Source: Thermodesulfobacteriota bacterium (GTDB taxonomy: Bacteria > Desulfobacterota > Desulfobaccia > Desulfobaccales > 0-14-0-80-60-11). From it: 64,000 bases of DNA. A model generated the notes under the pieces. The model made no database searches. It was not told the DNA's origin and saw only the letters and a list, made by a program, of their open reading frames with translations. Of the stretch, positions 34,465 through 43,369 are shown piece by piece (position 1 is the first letter of the stretch; each line of letters opens with the position of its first letter). Both the position numbers and the translations under genes were made by a program. The stretch is from assembly GCA_040757175.1 (NCBI GenBank), contig JBFLXM010000080.1, forward strand, positions 213 to 64,212, read 5' to 3'.

Positions 34465-35874
34465 CTCCCCACCCAAAGCCTCGCACAACCGCGGCAACAG
34501 GTGGTCGAAGTCGCCGTTGGACATGATCAGGGCCACGTCTCCGGGCCGCAATTTTGCCAACAACCCCTCCAGCAGTTGATCGGTATCCGGAAAGTAGAGA
34601 GCCTCCTGGCCCTGGGCCGTGAGGTCGGCGATGAGTTGCCGGGAGGAGAATTGCTCCTCCGGTTCCACCTTCCACAGATCCGGGGGCTCCCGCACCATGA
34701 TCAGGTCCGCGTCTTTAAAGGCCCGGGCGTAGGGCTCCTGGAAGACCCGGCGCCGGGAGGTGTTGGTGCGGGGCTCAAAGACCGCCACCAGGCGCCGGTC
34801 CGGATAGCCCTGGCGCACCGCCTCCAGGGTGGCGGCTACCGCGGTGGGATGGTGGGCAAAGTCCTCCAACACCAGTACGCCCCGGTGTTCCCCCGCGGCC
34901 TCCAGGCGGCGCTTCACCCCCCGGAAGCCCGCCAGGGTTTTTTGTAAGCGCTGCGGATTCTCCCCCAACTCAGCCAATGTGGCCACCGCGGCCAGGGAGT
35001 TCAAGACGTTGTGGGTGCCCAGGAGGGGGGTGAAAAACCTGCCCCACCTCCTCCCGTCCCGCCAGACGGTGAAATCCATGCCCCCGGAGGCAGGCTCAAT
35101 CTCCACGGCCCGCCAGGTGGCGGCCTCCTGCAGGCCGTAAAAAGCTACTGCCGCCGCCGCCCCCCGGCAGACCTGCCGCACCAGGGCCGCGTCCCCCCAG
35201 GCCAGCAGGGTGCCGCCCTCCCCAACCTGCTGCACGAACCCCTGGAAGGCCTGGATTATCCGGTCCAGGTCGGGGTAGATGTCCGCGTGGTCGTACTCAA
35301 TGGAGGTGAGGACCGCCAGATGGGGCCGGAAGTGCAGAAACTTGGGGCGCTTATCAAAGAACGCGGTGTCGTATTCATCCCCTTCCAGGACCACATAGTC
35401 CCCCTGGCCGGTGCGGTAATTGGCGTGGAAATTACGGGCGATCCCCCCCACCATGAATCCCGGGTCCCGGCCCGCGGCCTGGAGCAGCCAGGCAATGAGC
35501 GCGGTGGTGGTGCTCTTGCCGTGGGTGCCGGCCACCACGATGCTCCGCCGCTCCCCTACCAGGAAGCGGTTCAGGGCCTCGGGCAGGGACAGCCGGGGGA
35601 GATTGCGGGCCAGGACCGCCTGGGCCTCGGGGTTCTCCCGGCGGATGACGTTCCCCACCACCACCAGGTCCGGCGCGGGCTCCAGGTTCTCCGGCTGATA
35701 GCCGTTCAGCACCTTGATCCCCAGCCCCTCCAGGAAGGTGCTCATGGGGGGATAGGCATGCTCGTCGGAGCCGGTGACCCAAAAACCCTGCTCCTTCAGG
35801 ATGCCCGCCAGCGCGGCCATGCCCGTGCCGCAGATGCCCAGGAGGTGGATGTGTTTATATTTATTATTCTTCAT
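34456..35874 (-). CDS. mpl: UDP-N-acetylmuramate:L-alanyl-gamma-D-glutamyl-meso-diaminopimelate ligase
   Basis: 472 aa; 'HLLGICGTGMAALAGIL...GSDEHAYPPMSTFLE...AGTHGKSTT' is collinear with E. coli Mpl. Confidence 0.85.
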   Translation of the reverse strand: MKNNKYKHIHLLGICGTGMAALAGILKEQGFWVTGSDEHAYPPMSTFLEGLGIKVLNGYQPENLEPAPDLVVVGNVIRRENPEAQAVLARNLPRLSLPEALNRFLVGERRSIVVAGTHGKSTTTALIAWLLQAAGRDPGFMVGGIARNFHANYRTGQGDYVVLEGDEYDTAFFDKRPKFLHFRPHLAVLTSIEYDHADIYPDLDRIIQAFQGFVQQVGEGGTLLAWGDAALVRQVCRGAAAAVAFYGLQEAATWRAVEIEPASGGMDFTVWRDGRRWGRFFTPLLGTHNVLNSLAAVATLAELGENPQRLQKTLAGFRGVKRRLEAAGEHRGVLVLEDFAHHPTAVAATLEAVRQGYPDRRLVAVFEPRTNTSRRRVFQEPYARAFKDADLIMVREPPDLWKVEPEEQFSSRQLIADLTAQGQEALYFPDTDQLLEGLLAKLRPGDVALIMSNGDFDHLLPRLCEALGGEKV

Positions 35875-37535
35875 TTTGTTTGAATTAAGTTAATAACTTC
35901 GTTTATAAATTTTTTAGAAAAATTTAAATCATCGTATGATATCCCTTTATTAACTATGGCATTACATTTATTTTTCATCTCACCAATATCATCTTTCGCT
36001 ATTTTACAGATACCTTCTTGAGTCCATGCAATCTGGGCACCCAATTGTTCAGCCTCTAATATTATTCTATCTGAGAAAAACCGTTCAATTCCTTTAAACG
36101 ATTTGTCAAGTTTTGGATTGCATCCCTCTTCATTCCAAATCAATACTTTTATAGGGTCCGCAGAAACAAAATATTTTTCAATTTCCGTTTTTTTCCCTTT
36201 CGCATCAGAATCAAATATCACTATTAATGGTGCATTTTTTGGCCGCGCTTTAATAGTAGTCTTATGTGCTTTTACGTATTTTACAATCTCGTCCTTTCCT
36301 CCAGTAATATCTCCGGCCTCAAGGATTCCAAGATATGAGATTCTAATATTCAGATTAGGTCTTATTAGTTTTACAGCTTGGTTCATAAAATCATAGTCAT
36401 ATTTACCTTCTACCAAAATAACTGGGTCAAGTGGAAAATAGAGTATTGGATGTACCCACCTTGAGACGCCTGTAGATGCAAGTTTCTGTAAAGCTGCTGT
36501 TTTATCACTACCTAGTTCAACCTGCGTACCATCAGCCTTTTTGGTTACAATTCCAATAGCATTTGCATATTGAATCATAAGATCAGAGTGAGTTGTGGCT
36601 ATTATCTGCAAACGACTGTCTTTCTCATTAGATATCTCAGATAAATATGATGCAACATGAGCTTCTAGGTCAGCATGTAATGAGGATTCTGGCTCCTCAA
36701 CCGCCCATATTGCAGCTTGACGCCACCCAAACTGTTGGAAATAATCCCGATCAATTAATGAAAGCGTATTAAACATCAATAAGCTTTGAATTCCAGAACC
36801 TTGTAATGTGTCGTCAAGCTCAACTTTATTCTCTAAAATACGATAGCCTAATGCAAATATCATCTCGGCCCATGAATCTGGGGTTTTTAGACGAACCTCA
36901 GCTTCAGGAAAAGATTTTACAAAGTCATTTGTCATTTTCCTTATCAATTTCGAGGAAGAATCCCTAATTGCCTCGAATAGTTCTTTTCTTTGAGCCTCTT
37001 TTTTCCCAAAACGCCTTACCAATGCATTGCGTAAAGCTGCATGCTCTTCTTTTATTAAATCAAGAGGCAAAACACGATTGGGGATATACCTAAACGATAT
37101 CATAGAAAGGAACTGGTCAATTGCTTCAATTGTCTTAGTGTCAATTTGTTCGGTTTGGTCATTTATATAATAATTAGGATCATAATTAAGACGTTCCCAC
37201 TCTTTAGTAATTTTAATCTCATTTCCACCAAATAATGCTTTAACATTCTCAAGTCCTTTCCTGAACCGGAAATTTGGTGGGATCGTAAATGTTATTGAAA
37301 TTCTTATTTTCTTTTTTTTACTGTATTTTTTCTCTGAAATATAAAAATCATCATCAACATATATCCACGATTCGGGATCGGTATAACCTGTAAAAAATGC
37401 GTTTAATGCTCTGAGAATATTTGACTTTCCTGAATTATTTAATCCAGCTAATACGGTAAAATCATTTATATCTTTTAATTCTATGTCCTTAATTGAGCGA
37501 AACCTAGATATCTTAATTCTGGAAATAAGCCTCAT
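35871..37535 (-). CDS. OLD-family nuclease (ABC-type ATPase plus TOPRIM), single-gene class
   Basis: 554 aa; Walker A 'GLNNSGKSN'; signature-like 'LQGSGIQSL'; Walker B 'IWAVEEPESSLH'; 'IIATTHS'; TOPRIM 'VILVEGKYD' and 'VIFDSDAKG'; strongly AT-rich relative to its flanks. Confidence 0.8.
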   Translation of the reverse strand: MRLISRIKISRFRSIKDIELKDINDFTVLAGLNNSGKSNILRALNAFFTGYTDPESWIYVDDDFYISEKKYSKKKKIRISITFTIPPNFRFRKGLENVKALFGGNEIKITKEWERLNYDPNYYINDQTEQIDTKTIEAIDQFLSMISFRYIPNRVLPLDLIKEEHAALRNALVRRFGKKEAQRKELFEAIRDSSSKLIRKMTNDFVKSFPEAEVRLKTPDSWAEMIFALGYRILENKVELDDTLQGSGIQSLLMFNTLSLIDRDYFQQFGWRQAAIWAVEEPESSLHADLEAHVASYLSEISNEKDSRLQIIATTHSDLMIQYANAIGIVTKKADGTQVELGSDKTAALQKLASTGVSRWVHPILYFPLDPVILVEGKYDYDFMNQAVKLIRPNLNIRISYLGILEAGDITGGKDEIVKYVKAHKTTIKARPKNAPLIVIFDSDAKGKKTEIEKYFVSADPIKVLIWNEEGCNPKLDKSFKGIERFFSDRIILEAEQLGAQIAWTQEGICKIAKDDIGEMKNKCNAIVNKGISYDDLNFSKKFINEVINLIQTK

Positions 37536-37571
37536 TTTTCTTTCCTTTCATAATATAAAAAAACATAAAAA

Positions 37572-38699
37572 TCATTGTCTAAACCTAATGCCAAATCCCA
37601 GAGCCTTCGACGCCGCTTCGTGGAACCGGGGCCTAAAGCTCTGGATTTTGCTCTTGTCGTCCCGGCCCAGATGTACTCTGTTAGTGAGCAAGATTACCAT
37701 CTGCCCCGATTCCAGGTCCAGCCAAAAAGAGGCGCCGGTAAAACCCAGGTGGCCCACACTCCGGGGGGAGAAGTAACGGCCCGGGCTGCTTTGGGAGTGA
37801 TTGGGGCCGGGCGTGTCAAACCCCAAAGTGCGGCTGCCGCCGGGGACGGGGGTAAGGAAGAGACGCACCATTGCCGGAGAGAAAGGCCCGGTTTCCTCCC
37901 CCAGATAAGCCCGGTAAAGCGCGGCCAAAAGTTGCCACACCTCCCCGGCGGCGCCGAAGAGTCCGGCGTGCCCGGCCACTCCCCCCCCGGCCCAGGCGTT
38001 TTCGTCGTGAACTTCCCCAAAGATATTACGGCCAGGGATGAGGCCCTCTTCGCTGGCCGCAAAGGTTAAAGAGTCGCCTCCGGGCTGCTGGCGAGGGCAA
38101 AAACCCAGGAGCGGCAGCCCCAGGGGCCGGTAAATTTCCCGGCGGCAGAAGGAATCCAAATCAAGGCCCGCCGCGGTCTTCACCACGGCCTGGAGGAGCA
38201 TATAGCCCAGATCGCTGTACAGGGTTTGGGCGCCGGCAGGATACTCCAAAGGCTCGACCGCAGCCAACCGGGCAGCCAGACCGGGACGGTCAGGCTGAGG
38301 CGCGGCCAGGATCTGCTCATAAAAGGGCCGCCAGGCCGGCAGCCCGGCCTGATGGGCCAGGAGGCTGCGGAGGCTGAGGCCGCGCTTGTCCGGGGGCAGC
38401 CATTCCTCCTGGAGGACCTCCCCCAGGGTGGTCTCCGGGGTGAACTTCCCCCGGGCCGTCAAAAGCATCAGGGCCAGGGCCGTGGCCAGGGGTTTGGTGA
38501 GGGAAGCCAGGTCGAAGACCGTGGCCAGGGTGGCGGCCGCAGCCTCCGGGTCCAGGGAGACCCGGCCCGCTGCGGCCTCCCAGAGCTTCTCTCTCCCCAA
38601 GCCCACTACGGCCGTGGCCGCGGTATAGACGCCTTGTTGAAAACCTTCTTCCAGAAGGCGATTAAGAGGAGACCAGAGGCCAGACGCATTATCGCTCAT
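37572..38699 (-). CDS. Serine hydrolase of the beta-lactamase/PBP4* family
   Basis: 'SLTKPLAT' (SxxK) and 'YSDLGY' motifs. Start set at 'MSDNASGLW' (ATG 38699); the ORF-track extension runs into the repeat arm. Confidence 0.8.
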   Translation of the reverse strand: MSDNASGLWSPLNRLLEEGFQQGVYTAATAVVGLGREKLWEAAAGRVSLDPEAAAATLATVFDLASLTKPLATALALMLLTARGKFTPETTLGEVLQEEWLPPDKRGLSLRSLLAHQAGLPAWRPFYEQILAAPQPDRPGLAARLAAVEPLEYPAGAQTLYSDLGYMLLQAVVKTAAGLDLDSFCRREIYRPLGLPLLGFCPRQQPGGDSLTFAASEEGLIPGRNIFGEVHDENAWAGGGVAGHAGLFGAAGEVWQLLAALYRAYLGEETGPFSPAMVRLFLTPVPGGSRTLGFDTPGPNHSQSSPGRYFSPRSVGHLGFTGASFWLDLESGQMVILLTNRVHLGRDDKSKIQSFRPRFHEAASKALGFGIRFRQ

Positions 38700-38713
38700 G
38701 GCTGACCAAAGAA

Positions 38714-38847
38714 TTAACCACCAAGACACCAAGAACACCAAGATTCACCAAGATTCACCAAGGAATAATTATGAGCGTCCTGGCTTTCCAGGACGCTCAT
38801 AAAATTTTTCTTTGTGCTCCTTGGTGTCTTGGTGTCTTGGTGGTTAA
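38714..38847. repeat. Perfect 21-bp inverted arms built from CACCAAGA octamers
   Basis: ttaaccaccaagacaccaaga (38714-38734) is the exact reverse complement of tcttggtgtcttggtggttaa (38827-38847); the left block continues as (CACCAAGA-like)x5 to 38763. Confidence 0.9.
38769..38812. terminator. Rho-independent-type hairpin (15-bp perfect stem, CTTT loop) downstream of ddl
   Basis: ttatgagcgtcctgg-cttt-ccaggacgctcataa at 38769-38802; T-rich run aatttttcttt on the plus strand and ttattcc on the minus strand. Confidence 0.6.
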
Positions 38848-38874
38848 TGTATTTCCTCAACCCCTCTGGCGTTC

Positions 38875-39807
38875 TCAAGGCTTTTCCAGCGCCAATTCAA
38901 TCAGGCGGTCCAACAATTCCGGAAACTCGATGCCCGCGGCCTGGGCCCCCTGGGGAAAGAGGCTGGTGGCGGTCATGCCCGGAATGGTGTTGGTCTCCAA
39001 GACATAGACCTGCCCGTCGCGGATTCTCATGTCCGTGCGGCTGTAGCCCCGGCAGCCCAGGGCCTGGTGGGCGGTGACGGCGCATTTTTGCGCGGCCGCG
39101 GTGAGTTCCGGGTCCAGGCGGGCCGGGCAGATCTCCGTGGTGGCTCCGGGCAGGTATTTGGCCTCATAGGAGAAAAACGTGTACGAAGCGGAGGGCAAAA
39201 TCTCCACCAGGGGCAGGGCCTGGAGTTGGGCGTTGCCCAGGACCCCCCCGGTCACTTCCGTGCCGTCGATGAATTCCTCCACCAGCACCCGGTAATCGTA
39301 TTTAAAGGCCGCAGCCAGGCCCTCTGCCAATTCCTTTGGGCTCCGGGCGATGGTAATACCTATGCTGGAGCCTTCATTCACGGGCTTGATGACCGCGGGC
39401 AGCCCCAGGGTTTCCTCGATCTCCCGGGGGCTGGGGGCCTTATTCTGGGTGAAAACCAGGGCGTGGGGCACCCTGAGGCCCGCCTGGAGATAGAGGATTT
39501 TGCTCAGTTCCTTGTTCATTCCCAAGGCTGAACCCAGGACCCCCGACCCCTGGTAGGGGACTTCCAGGAGGTCCAACATCCCCTGAAGGGTGCCGTCTTC
39601 TCCCCCCCGGCCATGCATGATGATCAGGGCCACATCCAGTTCCGGCGCGTCCCGCACCAGGCGCTCCAGATCATTTAAGGGGTCGTAGCGCCGGATGTCG
39701 TATTTATCTTTGTTCAGGGCCTGATAGACCTGCTCGCCGCTCTTCAAGGAGACTTCCCGCTCCGCGGATTTGCCCCCGGCAATGAGGGCCACGCGCATCT
39801 TTTTCAT
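38875..39807 (-). CDS. ddl: D-alanine--D-alanine ligase
   Basis: 310 aa; 'GGKSAEREVSL', 'HGRGGEDGTLQG', 'EIN/LETNTIPGMT' Ddl signatures. Confidence 0.9.
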   Translation of the reverse strand: MKKMRVALIAGGKSAEREVSLKSGEQVYQALNKDKYDIRRYDPLNDLERLVRDAPELDVALIIMHGRGGEDGTLQGMLDLLEVPYQGSGVLGSALGMNKELSKILYLQAGLRVPHALVFTQNKAPSPREIEETLGLPAVIKPVNEGSSIGITIARSPKELAEGLAAAFKYDYRVLVEEFIDGTEVTGGVLGNAQLQALPLVEILPSASYTFFSYEAKYLPGATTEICPARLDPELTAAAQKCAVTAHQALGCRGYSRTDMRIRDGQVYVLETNTIPGMTATSLFPQGAQAAGIEFPELLDRLIELALEKP

Positions 39808-40406
39808 TGATCCCTCCGAAGGTTAAGTTGCAGGAGATCCACTGGGTTTAGATCAAGGGGGTTGAATATCTTGTCCTCCAGGACTTGGAACTTGGTCTCC
39901 AGGGCCGCCAGCCGCGCCCGGGCCTCCGGGGTGCGCCCATAGCGCTCCATGATGTCGGCAAAGCGCTGGGAGAGCGACACCACCCGGGTATGGAGCACCC
40001 GCTTGTCCGCGTAATTGACTATCTCCGCTTCCCCGGGGGGCTGTGGGGAGGCGGGGTCCGCGGCCAGATAGACGTGTTCCTTGACGATCCGGGCCACTTC
40101 CGGATAGCCCATCTCCATCAGCACGGCTGCGCCCCACTCCGCGTGTTTCTGCCCATTTTGCAAACAAGGGGTCTTTCCCAGGTCGTGGAGCAGGGCCCCG
40201 GCTTCGATCAGGGGCAGGTGCAAAGGCAGACCGGCCGCGGCCAGGGCCTCCCCCAAAAAGAGAGCCACCTGGGTCACCCGGAAACTGTGCTCCCGGATAT
40301 TAGGCAACATGCCGTGGGCGTCCCACAGGGCCAGGCATTGGCCCCGTGAGGGCAAAACCAGACCACCAGGTTCTGTTGCAGAGAAAAAAATAGTGTCATG
40401 TTTCAT
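39804..40406 (-). CDS. HD-domain (HDIG-type) phosphohydrolase
   Basis: 200 aa; 'REHSFRV...LLHDLGK'; 4-nt overlap with the ddl start. Confidence 0.8.
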   Translation of the reverse strand: MKHDTIFFSATEPGGLVLPSRGQCLALWDAHGMLPNIREHSFRVTQVALFLGEALAAAGLPLHLPLIEAGALLHDLGKTPCLQNGQKHAEWGAAVLMEMGYPEVARIVKEHVYLAADPASPQPPGEAEIVNYADKRVLHTRVVSLSQRFADIMERYGRTPEARARLAALETKFQVLEDKIFNPLDLNPVDLLQLNLRRDQ

Positions 40407-40539
40407 AAATCGTATTACAATTATTCTTTCCGCAGTAATTAGTAATGATAATTTACGTCTATATTATTTTAAGACAATTATACAACTTACAACAAAATTA
40501 ATTATAATCGCTTAAATCAATCCCACCAACTTTAACTAT

Positions 40540-41118
40540 TTAGTCTGCATCAGCATCAACTCCTATAATTAAAACCGGGATGTCAATATCAGCAACACCC
40601 CTTTTTTCCAAGTCCCAAATAAACTGTTCAAAATAAGATACTCCAGTTGACATTTCATCGGCAAATTGTTTTATAGGAACTATCTCAATACCAGTATCTA
40701 TAAAACTCATTTTGTTAAAAATGGTCATCTTTGCGCATACGTTATAAACCATAAAAGCATATTTGCCAAATTGCACTTCAATGCCTAACTTCTCTTTTAC
40801 AAAATCCATTTCTCTAAATGCACCTTTATTTAAATCTTTAGGTATATAATCTTCTGAGTAATAGTGAGTAGGATAATTGCATTTAACCTTTATATTTTTC
40901 CAGTTAAGCTCATAGAATAATTTCTTAAATGCATTATTTAAAGCTATTGGACTGAATAACATTCTCCCAGGCATGGTTTTCTCTTTACTTTTTTTGGTCT
41001 TGCATTTTTTGGACTTTACTAAACTAATTACTTTTTCCACTTCCTTCAAAAGATGCGAATATTTATTTTGAACAACTTCGGCCCCGTTGTTAAATGAATA
41101 CCTGCCAGCAATTATCAT
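40540..41118 (-). CDS. Type II restriction endonuclease, BglII/BstYI-like
   Basis: 192 aa, AT-rich; 'EMDFVKEKLGIEVQFGK' gives Asp-X8-Glu-Val-Gln, the spacing of the BglII catalytic residues; 4-nt overlap with the upstream methyltransferase. Confidence 0.6.
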   Translation of the reverse strand: MIIAGRYSFNNGAEVVQNKYSHLLKEVEKVISLVKSKKCKTKKSKEKTMPGRMLFSPIALNNAFKKLFYELNWKNIKVKCNYPTHYYSEDYIPKDLNKGAFREMDFVKEKLGIEVQFGKYAFMVYNVCAKMTIFNKMSFIDTGIEIVPIKQFADEMSTGVSYFEQFIWDLEKRGVADIDIPVLIIGVDADAD

Positions 41119-42068
41119 TTATTTTCCTTGGTTTTCCATTCTTCGGGAATTTGAGAAACCTTTTCCCGACCAGTTGGCATAAAAATTTCCTTACCTAATG
41201 GTCTAATTCTCAGCTTGCATTGATAGAAATCATTTATTCTTTGCTTGGCTATTTCAATATATTCTTTTTCCTTATCACACCCGACAACCTTGCGGCCATG
41301 CTTTAGTCCTGCTATTAGAGCGGAACCCACCCCGCAATAGGGATCAATCACATAATCGCTCTCATCAGTCAAGGCCAACACGCAGCGTTCAACAAGCTCA
41401 ACCGGGAATTGGCAAGGATGAATCGTTTTTTCGGGATGGTTTGATTTTACATTCGGAATGTTCCAAAATTCGTTATCCCAATCCCTTTTCAGGATTTCCC
41501 AGATATCGGAAGGGTTTTTTCCGAGAGGATTGCCAGAGGGTTTCCCAATATTCGGTCCTTTGTAATGTCTCTTGCCCGGATATTTCCCTGGTATCCGCAC
41601 AGCATCGAGGTTGAATTTATATTTATCCTCTTTAGTGAACCACAGGATTGTTTCATATCGGCCTGAAAAGCGTTTAGAGGCGTGCAAGCCGTGCCCAAAA
41701 TGCCAGATAATGCGATTTCTTAGGTGAAGACCTTTGTCCTTGAAAATTTTATAAAAATAGATGTCCAGAGGGTAGATTTCACCATTGTCCACATGATTTC
41801 CCACTTCCCAACAGATACTTCCGTCATCAGCCAAGATTCTCACAAGTTCATTAATCACGATTTCTTGTTCAATTAGGTATTCTTCAATACTTTTACGGGT
41901 TTCGTAACTTTTCCCGATATTGTAAGGAGGAGAGGTTATTATTAGGGTGGCCAAATTAGAGGGTAATTCCTTAAAAAATTCATAAGAGTCCCCACAGTGA
42001 AGAATTATATTGAACTGGGGATCGTATTCTTCTCTTATTGTTGGCTTAGAAAGCAGAGATAGCTGCAT
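41115..42068 (-). CDS. Beta-class N4-cytosine/N6-adenine DNA methyltransferase (cognate M subunit)
   Basis: 317 aa; motif IV 'ITSPPYNIG' precedes motif I 'VIDPYCGVGSA'; AT-rich. Confidence 0.85.
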   Translation of the reverse strand: MQLSLLSKPTIREEYDPQFNIILHCGDSYEFFKELPSNLATLIITSPPYNIGKSYETRKSIEEYLIEQEIVINELVRILADDGSICWEVGNHVDNGEIYPLDIYFYKIFKDKGLHLRNRIIWHFGHGLHASKRFSGRYETILWFTKEDKYKFNLDAVRIPGKYPGKRHYKGPNIGKPSGNPLGKNPSDIWEILKRDWDNEFWNIPNVKSNHPEKTIHPCQFPVELVERCVLALTDESDYVIDPYCGVGSALIAGLKHGRKVVGCDKEKEYIEIAKQRINDFYQCKLRIRPLGKEIFMPTGREKVSQIPEEWKTKENK

Positions 42069-42191
42069 CGTTCCTTCTTTGTGCTTTTAGATAGGGGGAT
42101 TATTAGGAGGTCATTATCATCCTTCCTGGCCCCATTTAAAGAAGGGAGGAAATTAATGACCCCTTCAGGTAACTTACCGATGGATTAGTAG

Positions 42192-42665
42192 TCATATTTT
42201 CTCCACCAACACCACCGCGTACGCGGCAATGCCCTCCCCTTTCCCGGCAAAGCCCATCTGTTCGGTGGTGGTGGCCTTCAAATTGAGGTCTTCCGGGGAA
42301 AGGCCCAGAACCGGCGCCAGGTTGGCGATCATCCCGGGGAAGTGGGGCGCCAGCCGGGGGGCTTCGGCAACGATGACCGCGTCCACGTTCACCGGCTTAA
42401 AACCTTTAGCCTTCACCACCTCCATGATTTTTACCAGGAGGATCAGGCTGGAGATATTCTTATAAGCCGGATCACTGTCCGGAAAATGGCGGCCCAGGTC
42501 CCCCGCGGCCACCGCGCCCAGCAGGGCGTCGCCGATGGCATGGGCCAGGACGTCGGCGTCGGAGTGGCCCGCCAGACCCAGATGGTAGGGGATTTCCACG
42601 CCTCCCAGGATCAGGGGGCGTCCGGCCGCCAGGCGGTGGGCGTCATAGCCCAGGCCGACCCTCAT
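42192..42665 (-). CDS. ispF: 2-C-methyl-D-erythritol 2,4-cyclodiphosphate synthase
   Basis: 157 aa; 'RVGLGYDAHRL...GHSDADVLAHA' canonical IspF. Confidence 0.95.
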   Translation of the reverse strand: MRVGLGYDAHRLAAGRPLILGGVEIPYHLGLAGHSDADVLAHAIGDALLGAVAAGDLGRHFPDSDPAYKNISSLILLVKIMEVVKAKGFKPVNVDAVIVAEAPRLAPHFPGMIANLAPVLGLSPEDLNLKATTTEQMGFAGKGEGIAAYAVVLVEKI

Positions 42666-43369
42666 GTCTCCCGGCTCCGGAGCCAGGGAAGGAGAGCCTC
42701 CGCCATTTGCAGATCTTCCGGGGTGGTGATCTTCAGGTTGCGGAGATCGCCTGGAATGACCGCCACCTGGTGCCCCATCTCCTCCAGCAGGGAGGCCTCA
42801 TCAGTGCCGTAAAAGTTGCGGCTGTAGGCCTCGATAAAGGCCCGCCAGAGCAAATCGAGTTGAAAACCCTGGGGGGTCTGAATCTGCCAGATGTCCTTGC
42901 GGTCCAGGGTGTGGATCACCTTCCCCTGGGGGTTGACCCTTTTCAGAGTGTCCTGGGCCGGCACCCCCAGGATAGCCCCGCCGTGGCTGCGCGCACCCTT
43001 GATGACCCGGCGGATCTGCTCCGGATGCACGAAGGGGCGCACCCCGTCGTGGACCAGGATAATATCCAGGCCATCTTCCTGTTTCAGGGCCTTCAAGGCG
43101 TGGTAGACGCTGTCCTGCCGCTCTTTTCCCCCCGGCACCAGGCGGAGCACCTTTTTGAACCCGTACCGGGCGATCACCTCTTCCCGGCAATATTCCAGGT
43201 CATCGGGGTGGGCCACCACCGTGACTTCCTGGACTTCCCGCACGTTTTCAAAAACCTCCAGGGTGTGGGCCAAAATGGGTTTACCGGCCAGCAGCAGATA
43301 AGGCTTGGCCACCTGGCTCTGCATGCGCAGGCCCACGCCCGCGGCGGCAATGATGGCGGCCACCCTCAT
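42662..43369 (-). CDS. ispD: 2-C-methyl-D-erythritol 4-phosphate cytidylyltransferase
   Basis: 235 aa; 'AIIAAAGVGLRM...KPYL'; 'VHDGVRPF'. Confidence 0.9.
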   Translation of the reverse strand: MRVAAIIAAAGVGLRMQSQVAKPYLLLAGKPILAHTLEVFENVREVQEVTVVAHPDDLEYCREEVIARYGFKKVLRLVPGGKERQDSVYHALKALKQEDGLDIILVHDGVRPFVHPEQIRRVIKGARSHGGAILGVPAQDTLKRVNPQGKVIHTLDRKDIWQIQTPQGFQLDLLWRAFIEAYSRNFYGTDEASLLEEMGHQVAVIPGDLRNLKITTPEDLQMAEALLPWLRSRET

